From Arenicellales bacterium (lineage in GTDB: Bacteria > Pseudomonadota > Gammaproteobacteria > Arenicellales > JAJDZL01), in assembly GCA_965116205.1 (NCBI GenBank), contig OZ220493.1, positions 1,547,029-1,611,028 of the forward strand: a DNA stretch of 64,000 nt, given 5' to 3'. The position numbers and the translations under genes were made by a program. The notes under the pieces are model-generated. The model worked only from the letters and a program-made list of their open reading frames with translations, was not told the origin of the DNA and ran no database searches. The first letter of the stretch is position 1, and each line of letters opens with the position of its first letter. Below, one piece after another: positions 42,707-51,631 of this stretch.

Positions 42707-43954
42707 ATGTTGTACATTCTGATTCTTTTTATTCTGATCGGTCTGGTATCGGTGGCGACGGTTTATGTTGTCGACGAACCGGGATACGTACTGTTACAAT
42801 GGGGGGTGTGGCAAGTAGAACTGTCTTTGGTGTTGGGCATCGTGCTGATTGCCCTAGCCGTACTTTTGCTGTTTATTGGACTTGAGGTTTTATCAGGCAT
42901 TGTCAGAGTGCCCGGCAGGCTGGGTCGCTCCTATCGAGGATATCGAGAGCAGCGAAAGTATGCGGCGTCGATTCGGGGTTTACAACAGTTGTTGTTGGGA
43001 AACTGGGCGAAGGCCGAGCAGTTGCTGGACAGTTCGGTGAACTATCTGCCGCAGCCGGTCATCAGTTATTTGGCTGCTGCTTTTGCGGCGCAGCGCCAAG
43101 GTAAAACACTGCGTCGCAACCACTATCTGGCGCAAGCCCGTCAGCTTGATGCGTCGATGCAGGAATTGGTTGCATTAATCACCAGTCGGTTACAGATGGA
43201 CAATGGTGAGTATGCCGAGGCAATTGATGAGTTGAAAAAACTATGTGCAAAGTTACCTAAAAACTCTCAAGCCTTCGGTCTATTGGCCGAGGCGTATGAA
43301 GTCAATGAAGATTGGGAGGCTTTGGAACAGCTATTACCACACCTGCAGAAGTTGCAAATTTACCCATCTGCCGAGTTTACTGAACGGGCTGGTAGAATAA
43401 TGCGACATCGCCTGCAAGCGGCGCAACAACCGACAGAGCTGCAGAAAATATGGAAAAGAACGCATAGTTCAGTGCAAAAGCGGCCCGAGGTGATCACAAC
43501 CTATGTGCAGCGGCTATTAGCATCCAATTGTCATCTGGAAGCCGAAAAAATCATTCGCCATGCACTGGACCGACACTGGAACTCCGAACTGGCTTATCTG
43601 TACGGAATGATTGATGGGCATGTCAATGACCGGCGCTTGTACGACACCGCGGCCAAATGGATTGACCGCCACCCGCAAGATGCGAATCTGCTACTGACGG
43701 TCGGGCGACTGGCACGCCGAGTCGGGTTGACCGAGCTGGCCAAGACCCGTCTTGAAAAATCGATTGAGTTGGGTGCACGCCCCGCCGCGTACGAAGAGTT
43801 AGGACAGTTGTTGGAGGAACAGCATGCCAATGAGCAGGCCTTGCGTGTATACCGCGCCGGGCTTGCTGGGACCGGCTTGCCTCAGGAGAATTTACTTCAG
43901 GCACCGGACGCGGATGGATACAGTGCATCCGACGAGAATTCGAAGGAATCATAA
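42707..43954 (+). CDS. hemY: HemY-family TPR membrane protein
   Basis: PGYVLLQWG.WQVELS, G.W.KAE and TPR repeats; follows hemX. Confidence 0.88.
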   Translation: MLYILILFILIGLVSVATVYVVDEPGYVLLQWGVWQVELSLVLGIVLIALAVLLLFIGLEVLSGIVRVPGRLGRSYRGYREQRKYAASIRGLQQLLLGNWAKAEQLLDSSVNYLPQPVISYLAAAFAAQRQGKTLRRNHYLAQARQLDASMQELVALITSRLQMDNGEYAEAIDELKKLCAKLPKNSQAFGLLAEAYEVNEDWEALEQLLPHLQKLQIYPSAEFTERAGRIMRHRLQAAQQPTELQKIWKRTHSSVQKRPEVITTYVQRLLASNCHLEAEKIIRHALDRHWNSELAYLYGMIDGHVNDRRLYDTAAKWIDRHPQDANLLLTVGRLARRVGLTELAKTRLEKSIELGARPAAYEELGQLLEEQHANEQALRVYRAGLAGTGLPQENLLQAPDADGYSASDENSKES

Positions 43955-44943
43955 AATAGTCTATTGGCGGCAAGTCCTTGATTCGGGAAGGTATGCCGTA
44001 TCTCTTCGATCATAGGCGGTGGGCCACTGGCATAAACTTCATAGTTGGTAAGGTCCGGATAGTGTCGAAGTACGGCTTCATGTACCCAGCCGGTCTCCCC
44101 TTCCCACTGGTCAATGGGCTGCGGTTCCGACAACACGGCAGTGAATTGAAACTGCGTGTGATGTTCAATAGACCATTGCTGTACAAGTGTATGCTGGTAG
44201 AGGTCGCCCAATGCGCGCACGCCCCAGAACAGGTGAATCTGACGCATCGTGTTAGCAGTATTGAATACGTTCTCAAGTATGGATTTGAGTGGCGCGAAGC
44301 CGGTGCCTCCGGCAATCATGATGATGGGTAAATCGGAATCGTGGCGAAGAAAGAAGGTTCCTAGCGGGCCCTCAAAACGCAGAATGTCGCGAATTTTCAT
44401 TGACTGAAAAAGATGAGTGGTGAATCGACCATTGGGTACGTGCCGGACGTGCAGTGTCAAAAGGTCTCCGCCGGGAGCGCTGGCAATCGAAAAACCGCGG
44501 CGTTTGTTGTCGCGCGTAATGACGTCAATATACTGACCGGCAATAAAATGAAAAGAGGTGTCACGTGGCAGGGCGAGTTGCGCTTCCATCACGTCGGGTG
44601 ACAGTTGGTTGAGCCCAATCACTCGACAGGGTAGTTTTTGGATCGCCACACCGGACAGCATGTCGATTTCGGCGACGTGGATTTCGAGGTCTTGGATCGG
44701 GTGGGCGCGGCACAGGAGAACTGAACCACTGGCGATTTCCGCATCGGTCAGCGCAGATCGGTCATAATCTTCGTAAGTGACTTCACCGGAAACCAGCTGA
44801 CACTTGCAGGCGGCACAGGTGCCATTGCGGCAGCTGTAAGGAACTGCAGTGCCTTGACGCAGCAAGGCGTCCAGTATCGTTTCGTTAGTGCGCACCTGAT
44901 AAACGTGGCCGGTGACTTGATTGACGACTTGGAATTCTGTCAT
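43897..44943 (-). CDS. 2Fe-2S / FAD / NAD(P)H oxidoreductase (CDP-6-deoxy-glucoseen reductase-like)
   Basis: YSCRNGTCAACKC, LLC, RGFSIAS, AGGTGFAP and GPPPMI. Confidence 0.9.
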   Translation of the reverse strand: MTEFQVVNQVTGHVYQVRTNETILDALLRQGTAVPYSCRNGTCAACKCQLVSGEVTYEDYDRSALTDAEIASGSVLLCRAHPIQDLEIHVAEIDMLSGVAIQKLPCRVIGLNQLSPDVMEAQLALPRDTSFHFIAGQYIDVITRDNKRRGFSIASAPGGDLLTLHVRHVPNGRFTTHLFQSMKIRDILRFEGPLGTFFLRHDSDLPIIMIAGGTGFAPLKSILENVFNTANTMRQIHLFWGVRALGDLYQHTLVQQWSIEHHTQFQFTAVLSEPQPIDQWEGETGWVHEAVLRHYPDLTNYEVYASGPPPMIEEIRHTFPNQGLAANRLFYDSFEFSSDALYPSASGA

Positions 44944-45016
44944 TTCGAAAACTAAATTGAAGGCTGGAAACCGGAAAATCTGCAGTCACAGGTGAGTCAA
45001 CGATCAATTTTATGTT

Positions 45017-45832
45017 ATGCCTGAATTACCTGAAGTAGAAACTACGGTACGGGGTATCGCCCCACACCTTGAAAATCAAGTGATTACATTAGTGCAGGTT
45101 CGGCAACCGCAGTTGCGGTGGCCAGTACCAGCGGCACTCGCGCAACACGTTGTTGGTCAATCCGTACGCTCGGTGTATAGACGGGCGAAGTATATTCTGG
45201 TGAAGCTAACTGAAGGCCATATCATGCTGCATCTGGGGATGTCGGGCAGTTTACGTTTGGCCGCAGTCGACGAACCGGTCACGCGGCATGATCACGTAGA
45301 GTTTGAAATTGCTGGTCAGAGACGACTGCGATTGCGGGACCCTAGACGATTCGGATGCGTACTTTGGCTTGAAGGCGAGCCGAACGAGCACCGATTGCTC
45401 AGTCATTTGGGTATGGAACCGCTGACGGTGGAGTTTGACGGAAATTATCTGTATCGTAACGCGCGCCAACGCAAGGTGTCGATTAAAAACTTCATCATGG
45501 ATAGTCGTATTGTGGTTGGAGTGGGTAACATCTACGCATCCGAAGCGTTACATAAGGCGCGGATTAACCCGGGTCGCGCCGCTGGACGTATTTCACTGGT
45601 TCGCCAGAATCATTTGGCCATGGCGGTCCGCCAAACTTTGCAGGATGCGATTGTGGCGGGTGGAACGACGTTGCGGGATTTCACAGACGGCAGTGGTTCA
45701 CCGGGTTATTTCAAACACGACCTTCAGGTCTATGATCGGGAGGGGTTGCCATGCTTTGTATGTGGGCAGGCCATTGCGCGACGAGTGATGAACAACCGTT
45801 CGACGTATTACTGTAAACAGTGTCAGACCTGA
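45017..45832 (+). CDS. mutM: Formamidopyrimidine-DNA glycosylase
   Basis: MPELPEVET, HLGMSG, DPRRFG, GVGNIYASE and a C-terminal Zn finger. Confidence 0.97.
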   Translation: MPELPEVETTVRGIAPHLENQVITLVQVRQPQLRWPVPAALAQHVVGQSVRSVYRRAKYILVKLTEGHIMLHLGMSGSLRLAAVDEPVTRHDHVEFEIAGQRRLRLRDPRRFGCVLWLEGEPNEHRLLSHLGMEPLTVEFDGNYLYRNARQRKVSIKNFIMDSRIVVGVGNIYASEALHKARINPGRAAGRISLVRQNHLAMAVRQTLQDAIVAGGTTLRDFTDGSGSPGYFKHDLQVYDREGLPCFVCGQAIARRVMNNRSTYYCKQCQT

Positions 45833-45840
45833 ATCTGGTG

Positions 45841-46254
<414 letters not shown>

Positions 46255-46294
46255 TCAGGATTTAAATTCCTTTGAACCTTTGCGAGTCGATACT

Positions 46295-47089
46295 ATGGCT
46301 TATCTCATTGATATGAAAAACACCACTGTTTACCGTGGTAATCAGAAGGTGCTCAGCAGATTTTCACTGCAACTGCCATTGCACCGGAGTATCGCCATAC
46401 TGGGTCCCAATGGTGCCGGTAAGTCGACATTACTAAAGGTGCTCATGCGCGAACTCTATCCGGTTCGTACTGATGATTCGTGGGTGAAGATCATGGGTAA
46501 TGAAACGTGGAACATCTGGGACCTGCGACGAAGTCTCGGGTTTATTTCGCAGGATCTACAGAATCGGTATTTTGGTTTCGTCGATGGAATTTCCGTGGTA
46601 CTGTCAGGATTTCATTCGAGCGTGGGTATTTATGATCATCAGGAATTTGATCGGCACGCAGTTGACGGGGCGAAACAAGTCATGCGAGATTTGGGAATCT
46701 TGCGACTGAGCAGCAAGCCTTATTCTCTGATGTCAACCGGTGAACAGCGGCGGTTCCTGCTGGCCCGCGCATTGGTCAACGAGCCGCCAACACTGATCTT
46801 GGATGAGCCGACCAGCGGACTTGATATCAATGCTACTTTTCACTATCTGCGGTTGATGCGCAGATTGATTGCACAGGGTAAACAGATCGTTGTGGTTACC
46901 CATCACATTCATGAAATTCCACCGGAGGTGGATTTCATCGTGCTGCTGAAGAATGGTAGCATTACTGCGTTGGGTGACAAAACGCGACTTTTCACTGATC
47001 AGCAACTCAGTCATCTCTACGATACACCGGTGAAAGTTATTTCTGCAAAAGGTTATTTTCAGGTGTTTCCTGACGAAAACATGGCGTAA
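46295..47089 (+). CDS. Orphan ABC transporter ATP-binding protein (ModF-like)
   Basis: GPNGAGKS, MSTGEQRR, LILDEPT and VTHH. Confidence 0.88.
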   Translation: MAYLIDMKNTTVYRGNQKVLSRFSLQLPLHRSIAILGPNGAGKSTLLKVLMRELYPVRTDDSWVKIMGNETWNIWDLRRSLGFISQDLQNRYFGFVDGISVVLSGFHSSVGIYDHQEFDRHAVDGAKQVMRDLGILRLSSKPYSLMSTGEQRRFLLARALVNEPPTLILDEPTSGLDINATFHYLRLMRRLIAQGKQIVVVTHHIHEIPPEVDFIVLLKNGSITALGDKTRLFTDQQLSHLYDTPVKVISAKGYFQVFPDENMA

Positions 47090-47324
47090 GCCAATTGAAT
47101 GGACCGCCTCATGTCCCACAAGCAGAAAGTAATGATCGTGGTACAGGTTGTGTTTGTTCCGGCGAACCCTATCTCAGGCAGTTTGATGTTGTCAGTCGGT
47201 TGCGGAGGTCTCGGTGGTGTCCATGGATCAAAATCACACTATAATTCGGCTGGCGGATTGAGCGATCCGTGTGGCGGCAGATGAATGTCGCTACGATCCC
47301 AATTGTGATGGGCGGGTTGAAAAA

Positions 47325-48365
47325 ATGATAAAAACGGAAGTTGTAGTCGTTGGGGCAGGTCCCTGCGGACTGTTTCAAATCTTTGAACTGGGGCTCTTAG
47401 ATATCAAGTGCCACGTGGTGGATTCCCTACCGCGCACTGGCGGTCAATGTTCAACACTGTATGCCGATAAGCCGATTTACGATATTCCCGGTTACCCGGT
47501 CGTCGGCGCCCAGGAACTCATTGATCGTCTTGTGGAACAAGCTTCGCCATTTGACCCCCAGTATATGTTGGGTCAGCAGGTTACACATGTTGAGAAACAG
47601 GATGATGGTCGGTTTTATGTCAAAACCTCGGCCGGCAATGAGTTTGATGCCGGAGCGCTAGTCATTGCCGCGGGCTTAGGTGCCTTCGACGCGCGACCAC
47701 TCAGAACCCCCGGTGCTGCCAAATACGCTGGAACAAATTTGAACTATCGAGTCGACGACAAACAGCGCTTTCGGCATCAGTCGGTTGCCATAATGGGGGG
47801 TGGAGACTCCGCGCTGGATTGGACTCTGGAGCTGCATAAAATTGCGCAGCGTGTAACGCTGATTCATCGTCGCGAAGAATTTCGAGCACAACCGGCTTCG
47901 GTGGAAAAAATGAAAAAGCTCGCGGAACAGAAAGATGGAACACTCTCCTACCACATTGGTCGAGTTGAAAGCATCATTGAAACTGACGACAAGCTGACCG
48001 GAGTCCGGGTGGTTACGTTTGATGAGGAGCAAACCAAGGTCGACGTTGAATTCGACGAACTGCTGGTCTTTTTTGGGTTGTCACCTAACCTAGGACCGAT
48101 TGCCGAGTGGGGATTAGAACTTGATCGAAAAACCGTAGTGGTTGATACAGCTGAGTCGCAGACCAGCGTCCCGGGAATATTTGCGATTGGCGACGTCATT
48201 ACATATACCGGTAAGAAAAAGTTCATATTGAGTGGTTTCCACGAGGCGGCGATGGCCGCGTTTGGTGTGCAACGTTATCTGTATCCGGAGATTAAGCAGC
48301 GCGTGCAGTTTACCACGACCAGTCCCTTAATGCACGAGCGGTTGAAGGTCGATGGAAACCTGTAG
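47325..48365 (+). CDS. TrxB-type ferredoxin-NADP+ reductase
   Basis: VVGAGPCG, GGQC..LY.DKPIYDIPG, GGGDSALDW, HRR..FRA, and GD...Y.GK.K.ILSGF.EA. No CxxC is present. Confidence 0.9.
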   Translation: MIKTEVVVVGAGPCGLFQIFELGLLDIKCHVVDSLPRTGGQCSTLYADKPIYDIPGYPVVGAQELIDRLVEQASPFDPQYMLGQQVTHVEKQDDGRFYVKTSAGNEFDAGALVIAAGLGAFDARPLRTPGAAKYAGTNLNYRVDDKQRFRHQSVAIMGGGDSALDWTLELHKIAQRVTLIHRREEFRAQPASVEKMKKLAEQKDGTLSYHIGRVESIIETDDKLTGVRVVTFDEEQTKVDVEFDELLVFFGLSPNLGPIAEWGLELDRKTVVVDTAESQTSVPGIFAIGDVITYTGKKKFILSGFHEAAMAAFGVQRYLYPEIKQRVQFTTTSPLMHERLKVDGNL

Positions 48366-48471
48366 GAGAATGGAATCAGCTTGAATTTAATCAATTTGAG
48401 TTGATTGGAGTCGGTGGAAGCAATGAAAATTGATTGCTTTTACGAGGTTCTTTTGAAATATAAGTCAATCT

Positions 48472-49242
48472 ATGCACGAGCAAGAAATACTGTCTATAAC
48501 CATTGACCACCGCAAACCTCTTGAATTGAAAGGATTTACGGCGTCGATGCTGTCTATCGAAAATCAATACAAGAAGTTTTTGTCTGCCGAGGGGATTGGT
48601 GGCGAAGACTACTCCCTCTTCATTCACGAAATTAAGCCCGGAAGCATAGTCATCAATTTCATAAAAGGGGCAGTAAGAAAGTTAATTGAAGATTATGTTC
48701 TTGATAAGTTCGTCGATCTATTCAAAGACAAAATCGAAACGGTAGTGGAACAAAGAATTCAGGATGACATCACTGTACAAAAAGAAGATATCAAAGAACT
48801 ATACGCTATCGCTGATTTCATATCAAACGACTTCAGGTCGAACATGGCCATTCAGGTTCACGTTGGCGACAAGACAACAAAAAATTTTAAAATATCAGGA
48901 ATCGAAGCAAATGCCATAAGAACCGAATGTTTAAGACAGTTAGAAACCAAGGAGCAACCCATCGGCGAATTGATTTCTAATGCTGTCTTACATTGGAAGT
49001 CAGCAGGAGACGAAAGTAAATCGTTGAGCATTGATAAAGGCATCATTGAAGAGATTGATTCCCAGAGAAAAGTTAAGTTGGTTTGTGATGAAGAACTGAA
49101 GCAACAGATGATTTCGGAAAACGATAGAAATCCATTCAACATGTTCTTCATTGTCAATGTAGAAGTAAAACGCATTGCTAGTAAGCCAATCGCTTACTTC
49201 ATCCAAAAAATTCATGGAAGTGGGCAGATTAGCGAAGTTTAG
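48472..49242 (+). CDS. Hypothetical protein (AT-rich insert)
   Basis: 256-aa ORF. No family recognised with confidence. Confidence 0.6.
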   Translation: MHEQEILSITIDHRKPLELKGFTASMLSIENQYKKFLSAEGIGGEDYSLFIHEIKPGSIVINFIKGAVRKLIEDYVLDKFVDLFKDKIETVVEQRIQDDITVQKEDIKELYAIADFISNDFRSNMAIQVHVGDKTTKNFKISGIEANAIRTECLRQLETKEQPIGELISNAVLHWKSAGDESKSLSIDKGIIEEIDSQRKVKLVCDEELKQQMISENDRNPFNMFFIVNVEVKRIASKPIAYFIQKIHGSGQISEV

Positions 49243-49449
49243 GTTGTATTACTTGTGGGGCAATTCATAGGGTTTACTCCAAAATCGTGCGCGTGAGCAT
49301 AAAATCAGACACTTACAGAGCAGTTAATATCGTTTTATCGTTTTAATTCAAAGCGAGACAGCCATTGATGTTCCCTGCGCATACAGTTTTAGAAAAAAGC
49401 CATTCATATTTAAACACGGATTTGTTGCATAAACTCAATTCAACAATGA

Positions 49450-50991
49450 ATGAGAGGAAAAAGCATGTCCGGGAATTTAGATAAAACCCCAATAAAACTC
49501 TATGTTGAGAACTTCGGGCCAATAAAAGAGGCAGAGATTGACCTTCGTCCATTGACCGTTTTGGTTGGGCCTAGCAATACCGGCAAATCTTATTTGGCAA
49601 TCTTAGTTTATGCACTGCACTGCTGTTTTAGGATGCCAGATCGAATACCTGAATTTAGCAGATTCAGGTCGGAAATTCGAAATCTTGGCTCTAAAATCAA
49701 CAGAAAATCAGCAGTGGAAACAATCGTAAATTCTGTACGACAATTTCCCATACAAGCAAATTCAGAAACTTATTTTGAACTGGTTTTACCGCCTGAAGTT
49801 ATTGAGGATATTCGTATAACAGTAAATTCAATAGTGGCAAATTTTTTCAGCTTAGAACTCCGCCGATGTTTTGGGTTAAACGACTCAAACGAGCTAATTC
49901 GTAAGCAAGCAAAATTCGGACTAGTGCGTATTTCTAGTCAAGATGGTTCTGATCTCAAGCGCAATTCAATACAGTACGAGCATGAATTGCGCTTGTCCAG
50001 CGGACAACCGATTGTATCTATAGACCTACCAAATAGGATTTCAATGCCGATTCAGGATTGGGATTACGTTATCAGATCTATTAATCGAATTATTTCCTTA
50101 AAAGATAAACAAAAAGCTGAGAGTTATTACTATCAACAAGCCTATCGAATATTATTATCTGAACTCATAGAACTATCAATCAAGCAAGTTGTTAGGCCTC
50201 TAGTTTCACCTGCTCACTATCTTCCCGCTGACAGAACTGGTGTTATGCATGCACACAAATTAGTTGTAAGTGCCTTGATACAGAGTGCTTCAATGGCCGG
50301 GATAAATCAGCCTCAAGTTGCACCATTATTGTCTGGCGTACTCGCTGACTTTCTAGAGAAACTTATCAAAATTGAACCCTATCTGAAAAGTCAACCAAAG
50401 TCAGAAAGACTCAGTTCAGAAATTGAAAATAGAATTCTAGGCGGGAAAGTTAAAATTCGCAGAGAGTTCAATTACCCAAGCTTCGTTTTTCGGCCGAATA
50501 GTTGGAAAGATGAATTGGCTTTGTTGAATTCATCTTCAATGATTTCAGAGCTGGCTCCTCTTGTGTTGTATCTTCGGTATATTGTTATTGAAGATGACCT
50601 TCTGATCGTTGAAGAGCCTGAATCTCATTTGCACCCAGCGATGCAAGTTGAACTGATGTGTCAACTCGCTAAGGTAGTTAAAGCCGGTATAAGAGTTATT
50701 ATCACAACGCACAGTGAATGGTTGCTTGAAAAGCTGGCCAACATTGTTAATTCCGATAAAATCCCAGAATCTGTTCACTCAACAAACTCTGACGATGCCG
50801 ACTATTGTCTAGATTCAAAGATGGTCGGTGCATGGTTATTTAGCCAAAAGAAACGGCCAAAGGGATCAATTATCACAGAAATTAAGCTAGACGATGAGTC
50901 AGGGCTATATCCATCCGGATTTGATGAAGTCGCATTTGAACTTCACAATGAATACACCTCCATTGCCGAAAAAATAGAGAATGCTCGATGA
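49450..50991 (+). CDS. AAA_15/AAA_21 ABC-type ATPase (OLD/AbiEii-like)
   Basis: VENFGPI, GPSNTGKS, LPADRTG, degenerate signature SSSMISEL, LIVEEPESHLHP and ITTHS. Confidence 0.85.
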   Translation: MRGKSMSGNLDKTPIKLYVENFGPIKEAEIDLRPLTVLVGPSNTGKSYLAILVYALHCCFRMPDRIPEFSRFRSEIRNLGSKINRKSAVETIVNSVRQFPIQANSETYFELVLPPEVIEDIRITVNSIVANFFSLELRRCFGLNDSNELIRKQAKFGLVRISSQDGSDLKRNSIQYEHELRLSSGQPIVSIDLPNRISMPIQDWDYVIRSINRIISLKDKQKAESYYYQQAYRILLSELIELSIKQVVRPLVSPAHYLPADRTGVMHAHKLVVSALIQSASMAGINQPQVAPLLSGVLADFLEKLIKIEPYLKSQPKSERLSSEIENRILGGKVKIRREFNYPSFVFRPNSWKDELALLNSSSMISELAPLVLYLRYIVIEDDLLIVEEPESHLHPAMQVELMCQLAKVVKAGIRVIITTHSEWLLEKLANIVNSDKIPESVHSTNSDDADYCLDSKMVGAWLFSQKKRPKGSIITEIKLDDESGLYPSGFDEVAFELHNEYTSIAEKIENAR

Positions 50992-51464
50992 CAGAAAATA
51001 GTCTTTTGGAACAATTGCGTTCAAAATTTGATAAAAAGTGTCAACTCACCAACAAGATTGTTAGAGAAGGTTGCAAAATTTCACTTGAAAACGCACCAAA
51101 ATCAAGATTAGTCATCAATCTAGACAAACTGCCCTTATCCAATAATCAGTTCCTATGCGATTTTCTTTTCTTTGCTGATGAAGATGTGAGTCGGTTTATG
51201 GTGGTATTGCTGGAGTTAAAACGAGGGAAGTTACATGCAGCCCGCACTCACAAACAACTTAAAGGTGGAGCAGACATGTTACAGAGTTATATTCCAAAAC
51301 ACAGCAAATTCGCGCTTTATGCAATCGTTGCTGTTGGTGGAGCTGTATCAAAATTGGAAAGGCGAAATTTGCGACTTAAGTCCAACCGAATTAAACTTCA
51401 CCATCAGAGCTGTTTTGTCAGTGTAATGAGGTGCGGAGATAGACTTATGGCACAAATCAAATAA
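50988..51464 (+). CDS. Small putative PD-(D/E)XK-like nuclease partner of the ATPase
   Basis: CDFLFF...LLELKRG...A..QL motif, with an ATGA overlap with the ATPase stop. Confidence 0.55.
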   Translation: MTENSLLEQLRSKFDKKCQLTNKIVREGCKISLENAPKSRLVINLDKLPLSNNQFLCDFLFFADEDVSRFMVVLLELKRGKLHAARTHKQLKGGADMLQSYIPKHSKFALYAIVAVGGAVSKLERRNLRLKSNRIKLHHQSCFVSVMRCGDRLMAQIK

Positions 51465-51631
51465 TATGCCCCTAATTTTCCCGCACTGCTACCATCTTTG
51501 GTGTAATTCCAATTAAAGGCAACGAAAACCTCTGTTTCAACCCCTGAGATACTTTGATTATTCATGAAGAATTTTGGTTTTCTTTACATGTGGAACATGC
51601 TCAGTTTAGCAGCATGTGACTAGATTCAGCA

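Noticed and set aside
43897..43954. 58-bp convergent overlap of hemY and the 2Fe-2S reductase
   Set aside because: The overlap covers a low-complexity C-terminal tail. Such overlaps are common and imply no special function.
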